Source: Eledone cirrhosa
Lineage: Eukaryota
Reading direction: 5' to 3'
NCBI GenBank assembly: GCA_964016885.1
Contig: OZ024742.1
Coordinates: forward strand, 63,984,001-64,048,000
DNA length: 64,000 nt
The stretch's first letter is position 1, and every line of letters begins with the position of its first letter. The notes beneath the pieces were generated by a model. The model ran no database searches. It saw only the letters and a list, made by a program, of their open reading frames with translations, and was not told where the DNA came from. Shown here in pieces: positions 55,731 through 64,000 of this stretch. The translations under genes and the position numbers were made by a program.

Positions 55731-56709
55731 TGTGGTGAACTATCAGCATTTAACAATTCTAAACCTTGCACTGGTTACATTTATCAGGGTCCATTGTTTT
55801 GTAAATATTAGGATCAGGTCTCAAACCTGAGAATAACTCATGTCATAGTGTTTACCTCATTTTCCCACCATGTGTAATAGGGATTTAGTGAACATGTCAT
55901 GAACACCACAAAAAACAAAATACCTCACCACCCCCAGAAAAACAAAGCACTGGGGCCCTTGCATACACAACCAAAGCTTACATAGATTAATACTGGGCCC
56001 CTAGATTTGGTAGACTCCTGGGTAACATGTTATGAGCAATACTATGGCAATCTAAAAAGCATCATATGGTCTCAGAATGGCACGTGGCTTAGAAGTTAGA
56101 GTGTTTAGCTTGTGATTGTAAGGTTGTGAGATTGATGCCCAGTAGCATGTTCTGTCCTTGAGCAAGAGACATTATTTCACATTGCTCCAATCTACTCAGC
56201 TTGCAAAAAATGAGTTGTACCTGTAATTGAAAGGGATGGTCTTGTTGCACAGTATGTTGTGCTGAATCACCCTGAGAAATACATGAAGGGTAGTACATGT
56301 ATCTGTAGAATGCTCAGTCATATGCCTGTTAATTTCACAAACAGGCTGTTCTATTGGTTGAACAACTGGAACACTAATCCTCAGAACTGATAGAAGTCCA
56401 ACATCCACATAGGCTCCTGGGTAAAGAATAACAGTGGGGCTCTTAGATACACAACAACAGCATACGTTGACTAGCATTGGGCCCAATGGAACTACCCTGT
56501 GTACCCAGGTTTCAAGACAGCATACCCTTCCTCCTCTGTCTTAGCCATAAAAAAACATTCCAGTTGTGATCCTCCTGTCTTAACACAAGAAGGTGACAAG
56601 CTACATTTGGCTGTTATTTCTAGCTGATCAAGCAACCACATAAAAGTTGCTTCATGGGTTCAAGGAGGACAAATGGCTAAGAAGAATGTTTAATTAATTA
56701 AATGCTAAT

Positions 56710-57095
56710 GTGGAGGCACATGGCTTAGTGTTTAGAGCATTGGCCTTGCAATCGAAAGGTTGTGAGTTCAATTCTCAGACCGGGTGATATGTTCTTTCCT
56801 TGAGCAAGACACTTTATTTCACATTGCTCCAGTTTACTCAGCTGTAGAAATGAGATGATAGGGACTCGGATCCCTATCATTCCAATGCAAAGTGGTTGTG
56901 GAAGTGCCACGGCAAAAAAAAAAAACACCCAGCCCACACTGTAAAGTGGACGTGTAGAAAAAAAAACACCCAGCACTCACTGTAAATGACATTGGTGTTA
57001 GGAAGGGCATCCAGCTGTAGAAATCAAGCCAGAATCAGTTCCCGTCCCACCCTTGCAAGCAGGGAAAAGCGGACATAAAATGATGATGATGATGT
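56710..57095 (+). mobile_element. tRNA/CORE-like SINE with LINE-derived 3' tail
   Basis: TGGCTTAGTG A-box, GAGTTCAATTC B-box, CCTTGAGCAAGACACTT domain, LINE 3' UTR and (GAT)n. Confidence 0.8.
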
Positions 57096-58787
57096 TCGTA
57101 AATATCTGTTGATTACTCTCATACGAACTTATACAACTCACACAATTTCCCTGTACAATGTATACTGACGAAGATCACCCGTAGTTTTCTTACAGTCTCC
57201 AGTCTTTACTTGGTGATCATGTATGTCTCACATAGATTAGGATTAGGATGGGATTATCTTCATCAGGTTACATTTTTGTGGAGACAAAGACATATTTAGT
57301 AGTGGTAAGTGATATTGCTTAACTGAAGTTGTCTGGGCTGGGTATTTTTGATACACTAGACAATTGTAAGGCCATGAGTTCAATTCCCGGCAGTACATTG
57401 TATCCTTGAGCAAAACACTTTATTTCACATTGCTCCAGTCCACTCAGCTGGTGAAAATAAGTTGTACCTGTAATTTGAAGGGCTAGCCTTGTCCCATTCA
57501 ATGTCATGCTGAATTCCCCTGAGAAATACTTTAAGGGTACACGTGTCTGTTAAATGCTCAGCCGCTTGCATGTTAATTTCATGAGCTAGCCGTTTTGTTG
57601 ATTGTATCAACTGAAACACTTATCGTGGTAACAAATGGAGTGCTCTAAACACTAAGATTTAATCAGATGTAACAGGACCTTAATAACTATGGCATGCATG
57701 ATTGGTAAAACCTTGAAAACATCTTTACACTAATATTGATTTCTTTCACAGACTTTTCAAAGTCATTTGTTTACAAGTGATAGAAAATTAATGTTCTGGT
57801 ATCAGTCACCATTTAATTCAGATTGATGAATCAACAAAAAATGTTGACAGCAAGTTGATTAATTACTAGATTAGTAAGTAATGTGATCACATCCTTGTAA
57901 ATTAATTAATTATGCACAATGCAGCATATATTGGATAATCTGAAATTTAATGTCAGTATGCCTAGGTGGATTGGCAAAGATGTTAGAATGTTGGATTAAC
58001 CCTTTAGCATTTACATTACTCTATATTTACTATTATATTTTTGTGGTAAAGGCTTTACCTCACATAATTATCTCACATAATATCGAGTCTATGAGATTTT
58101 GATATTATTTATTTTGTGAACAATACCTTAACATCACTATGAGTGTCCAATTACAGCCAGTTTGAACAGAAAGAGGTGAGAGAATTCTGGCCAGAGATGG
58201 CCGGTTTAATGCTTTGCTATTTATTTTAGCTCACTGTGTTCTGCGTTTAAATCCCACTGAGGTTAACTTTGCTTTTCACCCTTTCAGAGATAATAAATAT
58301 AATACCAGTCCAGAGAGTGGGGATTGGTGAAACTGTTAAAGATTCACATAGGATGCTTTGTGATATCTATTCTTGGTTCAAATTCTGCCTGATGTCACTG
58401 AAAAATTGATAACGCAATGGCAGGAGTTTTGTCTTATAGATACTTTCAGTAATGGAAAAACCAATGGAAATATGGTTTCCTTGGTCTGATATGACAATCA
58501 GCTCCTTTCTGATTCATATTTACAATTATTAAACTATAAGCCTAACTGTGAAATATCTGTTTACATTTATTTATATTTAGCAGAGAGGTTTTTAATTTAA
58601 ATACTGTAGGCATACCTAAGGTCATGAATTGGCAGTTATTTGAGCATTGGATTAAAAATGCTTCGGTATTTATCCCAGGTCACACCCCACCAATGTCAAT
58701 TTTGCCTTTCATCCATTTGAGGTTGATAAATAAAATACCAGTCCTGTACTGGGAGTTGGCTCTCTCTCTCTCTCTCTGTCCCTCCAT

Positions 58788-58861
<74 letters not shown>

Positions 58862-61270
58862 CTTCCCTCCCCCCTCTCTCTCTCTCGCTCTCTCTGGAAG
58901 AAATTGGCAGTGCTTGGACTTGGAGAAGGATGAGCTCCACCAGGTTTAATAGTACCTAAGATACACTGTGTCAGGATGATACCCATATGACTCTATTAGG
59001 AATTAAGGGCCAAAACACATACCCACATTATTTCATATCCTTGTAGCCATTCAATTTAATTAGTACAGGGTGTATAAATGATGCCAGGACTGTCTTAGTT
59101 GTTATGGTTCAATATTTTAGATGTAAAAATTCAAAATCTAAGGGAACTGTTTATGTGTGGATGTCTGTAAATATGTTTAAGTGTATATATGTGGGCGATG
59201 CTCAGCCATTTACACATTCATTTCATGAGCAGGATATTCAAGTGGTCAAACAAATAAATGAAACACTCACAGATGGACCAACAACAACAATAACAACAAC
59301 AACATTCAGAGGATAGGTGAAAAGTATTGTTTGTGAGGAAATGAAGGTGTGAAAGGTGTGAAGGTGTGAAAGAATGACATAAATTTACCTGTAAGGTCAA
59401 TATCATTAAGTCATTTCTCATGGGATAGTCACTAGCAATGACAAATGTAGTCCATCGCTGGAGGAGAGGCGTGGGGGAGGGGCAGTAGATGGCAATGCCA
59501 CCCCCACCCCCTCCCCTCACCCCTACTATTCAATAGTGCTTAGTCAGATTTAGAAAATAGAGTTCATAAAAAAACAATGTCCTGAACATGTTCTTTATGA
59601 AAGAATGACCCCACTCCCACAGAATGTTCTGAAGCCTCCACCCCTACCCCACACACCAAAACCTTGTGACTAGCCTGGACAAATGTAATAATTGTTTCTA
59701 CTTTTGGCACAAGGCCAGCAATTACCCAGTGTAAAACAATATACCAACTGTGAGAAATTCAGGAAGATTATAAAATTTCAATAAAATTTGCTTACGTTTC
59801 TTCTCTTTGTTGTTATATATTTTAGCTTTATTTGTGGAGTCATTAAAGCATCAGAATAAATACCTCAGTATTTGTTTCAGCTCTCAGAACTTTATGTTCA
59901 AATCCCATCTCGTTCTACAAGAAATTGTCACTGACACATAGTATCAGCAATGGAAAGACTAATGTTTCCTTAGTCTGACATTCAGCTACTTTCTTTTTTT
60001 TCTCTTTAACCCTTTACCACTTACATTATTGGATTGGTGGATTGGCAGCATCGGTAGAGGGTCGGACGCCATGCTTTGATGCATAGAGTTACGCCCCTTG
60101 CCATTCTGAGTTCAAATCCCGCCGAGGTTAACTTTGTCTTTCATCCTTATGGGGTCGATAAAATAAAATACCAGTGATGCACTGGGTAATTGCTGACCTT
60201 GTGCCAAAAAGTAGAAACAATTATTGGATTTAATTGGTCATATCAACACCAGTATTTATTTTTTTACAATTCTGGTACTTATTTCATCAACCACTTTTTG
60301 TTGAACGGCCATGTTAAGGGACATAAACATGCACGTGCATGTAAACACACAACATACGCATGCGCGCGCACACATACACACACACACACACACATATATA
60401 TGATGAATATCTGCAATTTCTGTCTACTAAATTCCACTTGCAAGATATTGGTCAACCTGAGGTTATAGTAGAAGACACTTGCCTAAGGTACCATGCAGTG
60501 GAAGTGAACCCAGAACCATCATCATCATCATTTTATGTCCGCTTTTCCCTGCTTGCAAGAGTAGGACCATATAGTTGTAAAGTAAACACCATAACTGAAC
60601 TGCAATGCCTGCACCTGTTACAGATATCTTCAAATGTGTCTTTTTCATAAAAATTCTACAAAATATTCTTTTGGTAAAACTTTCTGTTTTCTGTATTAGG
60701 AATTTCAGGTTAATTTTCTGTGGTGGTATTTGTATAGTTTTCATGGGAAAAGGTTCTGAATGAATGAGCAAGTGTTATTTACTATAGGCTCAGATTGCTC
60801 CAAGCTTTGTGAGTGAAAATTGTATTGATGAAAACCCTGATAATTATGTTAAGGGTACAAATGTCTGTGGAACATTCAGTCACTTTCTCCTTAATTTCTC
60901 AAGGAAGCAGTATCATTGATCAAACAACTGGAAGACTCATTGCTGAATCACCCCAAGAACTAGTTCAAGAACATGTGTGTGTGGAATACTCTGCCACTTA
61001 CACCTCAATTTCACAAGCAGGCTGTTTCATCAAACGACTGAAACGCTCATTGTCAAAACTGATGCATAACCATTCCAGTGTATGATTTCAGAAGGATTTG
61101 GCTGCTATATTTAGCAAGCCAGGGATTATCAGAGACTTACTTCAAACATTATGTAATGCTTCAAAATACAACAATTCATATGAAAACTATTTTTGTATAA
61201 AATTCTTATACCAACAACCATTTCCAATTGTTTCTTTATATTTTCATTCTTTTCTTGTTTTGTTTTTCAG

Positions 61271-61578
61271 CAGAAGTCAACATCCCCCATTACAGTGCCC
61301 ACATCAAAAAGAGGTGTTTCCGTACTTTGGGGTGTTTTTCAATCAAATACCCTTATAACAACACCTATCTTCTGCCAGATAGCCCATTCCTCATTGGAAC
61401 CCGGTTCTGGATATATTCCCCCTATTCTTTTAAAAGGAAGCCTCTCCAACCCAGTGCAAAATATCACAAGAATTATTTCAAATATAGATTTCCAACAAAA
61501 GTTATCATCCCTGGATTTAACCCAAATCATGAGAATTTTCTATGGATTCACAATATGGCCATTGCTCTTCAGAAGCAG
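61271..61578 (+). CDS. Pancreatic lipase-related protein, internal exon (N-terminal region)
   Basis: Pyrimidine tract plus TTTCAG acceptor, CAG|GTATG donor; CFRTLGCFS..PY....LPDSP..IGTRFWIY...PTKVIIPGF...WIHNMAIALQKQ parallels the CY.RLGCF..LP.SP..TRF.LY..T..IIHGF..W pattern of the family; ends in phase 0. Confidence 0.88.
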
Positions 61579-61613
61579 GTATGTTTAATATAGTGCAAAC
61601 AATTTTGTTATTC

Positions 61614-61671
<58 letters not shown>

Positions 61672-63551
61672 ATGCAAGTGTGTATATGTGCATATGCGTG
61701 TGCATGGATTCATGTGAGAGTGTGAGTGTGCATGTGTGTTGGTTGCCAGTACTTGACCAGTACATTATTTTATCAACCCCGGAAGAATGGAAGACAAAGT
61801 TGACCATTACAGGATTGAATCTACATTTAGTAAGCAGTTACTAAATATTGCAGAGCATTTTGTGTAATGTTCTACCAATTCTGTCCTCTGCCTCCTTTCT
61901 CTATTCTAATAATAATGGTTTCTGGTTTAGGTACAAGGTCAGCAGTTTAGAGAAAGTTGATTATATCAACCCCAATATTTGGTTAATACTTTGTTATATC
62001 AACTATGGAAAGATGAGAGGCAAAGTTGGCTTTGACAGGATTTGAACTCAGAATGTAAAGGGGTGGAACAAATACTGCATTATATTTGTTCACTGCTTTA
62101 GTAATTCTGCCAACCCATCACCCTCATATTCTAATAATAATTGTTTCTACTTTAGGTACATGACCTGCAATTTGAAGGAAAGGGGAAAGTCGATTAAATC
62201 AACCCAGTGTGTTACTGGTACTTTATTTTATCGATTCCGTAATAAATAATAATAAGGATTTGCTACAAAAGCACACAGTTTTTAAAAGAATATCTGTAGG
62301 ATTCATTAAATTCCCCTTAATACATGACAGGTGTTGCTTTTATCAATCTCATCAGAATTTCAACTCAAATCATAAAGAAAATGTCATTAAAGCCTCAACC
62401 ATTATGTCTTAGACTTTTCTGATTCTGACATACATTACCTTTACTTACAGCAACAACAATATTTAATAATATCAGCACAAAGTCACAAAATCAATTACTT
62501 CTACCCTAGTATTTAACTGGCATTTGATTTTATCAACTCACAAATAATTGTTTCTACTTTAGGCACTGAAAAATAATGTTGAGTGTGGGGGATTTGAACT
62601 CAAAATGTATTAAACTGGAACATACCTCAAGGCTTCTTCCAGTGCTTTAACGATTCTACCACCTTACTCAAATGTTTGGCACAAGGCCAGTAATTTTGAT
62701 GGGAGGGGAAATTCAGTTAAATTGACCCCAATACTTGACTGGTATTTTATAGACTTCGAGATTATGTGAGATAATATGTGAAATAAAGTGTTTACCATGA
62801 AAATACAATAGTAAATATAGAGTAATTAAAATGCTAAAGGGTTAATACATTTTCTTCAATAATAAGTACCTTGTATATCCTGGTTTGTTGAATAACTACA
62901 CTGCCTCCCTGCTTGTTGTAAGAGGCAACAAAAAGGGATGGCATCAGGAAATGCATCCAGCTGTAAAATATTACTTCAAAATATCCCATGCCAATATAGA
63001 AAAGTCGATTAAAAAGGATGACGATGATGACAATGATGATGATGGTGAATTTCAAAATTCTAAAAATTCTTCCCAACAATTTTTCAATGATTAAAATCTG
63101 GGTTATTAAAGAAAACTAAATTTACTAATGATGTAGAAACTAAAGAAACAACAGCACCAATAAAAACCATCAAGGTTGTAGCACCTGTACAACTAGCAAT
63201 CTCTAGTGCAATTTATTTACACAAAATTCTACATCTTCTGATTCTATGCAGATATGGAATGTACCTCCATTGGTTTTGACAACAAGTGTTCCAATACTAA
63301 TAATAAATAATTTTGGTGGGAGCAGACAGTTAATTATACCTATCCCAGGACATTACTGGGATTTGATTTTATCGACCTCGGAAGGATAACAGGCAAGATT
63401 TGAACTCAGAATATAAAGAACTAGGACAAATACCACTTAGCATTTTCTCAAGCACTCTAACAACTCTGCCAAACTACCCTATCTAATGATAAATAATATA
63501 AGATGCCTTTGTTTGTTTTGCTTACCCATTTTTTATCATTCTCCTGGTTAG

Positions 63552-63780
63552 GAAGCAGCCAACATTATTACCGTGGATTGGAGTAAAGGAGCTGGATTTC
63601 CTTATGAACAAGCAGTGGCAAATGCTCGTGTTGTTGGTAAGCTGATAACGAACCTGCTGCTGCAACTGAATCCTAGACAGTTACGGTTCTTTACAAAATT
63701 GCATTTGATTGGTCACAGCCTTGGTGCACACATTGCAGCATTTGCTGCCAATGGTTTAAACCATACCAGTCGTATTACAG
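63552..63780 (+). CDS. Pancreatic lipase-related protein, catalytic-serine exon
   Basis: TAG|GAA...CAG|GTAGG; phase 0 start matches the previous exon; EAANIITVDWSKGAGFPYEQAVANARVVG...LHLIGHSLGAHIAAFAANGLNHTSRIT(G); GHSLG at 63711-63725. Absent from the ORF track. Confidence 0.93.
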
Positions 63781-64000
63781 GTAGGGAAGTTTTGTTTTTC
63801 TGTTGTCATTTAACACACACACACACATATACACATATGTGCACATGCATACACATGCACCCATATACACACATGAACACACATACACATGCACACACAC
63901 ACAAGTGCATATACACACAAACATATGCATGCATGCAAACACTCACAGACATATACACACATGCACACATGTGCACACACAAATATGCATCCACACATGC

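Noticed and set aside
57165-57270. CTGACGA (+) and CTGATGA (-) cores
   Set aside because: No matching GAAA-NUH half.
57196-57304. Possible upstream lipase exon (TTACAG acceptor, GTAAGT donor, MGLSSSGYIFVETKTYLVV)
   Set aside because: Ends in phase 0 while the next exon needs phase 1, and it is not a convincing signal peptide; needs RNA-seq.
61228-61270. Hydrophobic 'signal peptide' at the start of the 121-aa ORF
   Set aside because: It is the intron polypyrimidine tract, with no ATG.

Overview
Eukaryotic, AT-rich, microsatellite-saturated genomic DNA. The repeat complement suggests a cephalopod (octopus-like) genome; this is inference, not a database result. Nearly all long ORFs in the track are microsatellite artefacts. 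Real coding sequence is limited to two spliced exons of a pancreatic-lipase-family gene at the right end (61271-61578 and 63552-63780, GHSLG intact), a 5'-truncated RTE-type LINE reverse transcriptase ORF with a Cys-rich insertion, several decayed LINE fragments and a hAT transposase C-terminus. The most striking hidden signal is about ten type-I hammerhead ribozyme (HHR) motifs, plus three degenerate or partial ones. They sit in short, mostly unrelated islands bounded by (TA)n, many followed by AATAAA, and neighbouring islands show an inverted-repeat-plus-tail layout. This matches Penelope-like element (PLE) pLTR or retrozyme-like remnants. The HHRs include unusual variants: a C.A junction with 60-90 nt helix II inserts, U4 substitutions, and an extra A after the core. 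Also present: a 608-bp bipartite non-autonomous RTE derivative in four copies with a structured leader, SINEs sharing the LINE 3' tail, a 48-bp minisatellite born inside that tail (two opposed arrays), a foldback element made of two tRNA-like arms, and a 200-N gap. All folds and alignments were done by eye, and repeat boundaries are approximate.
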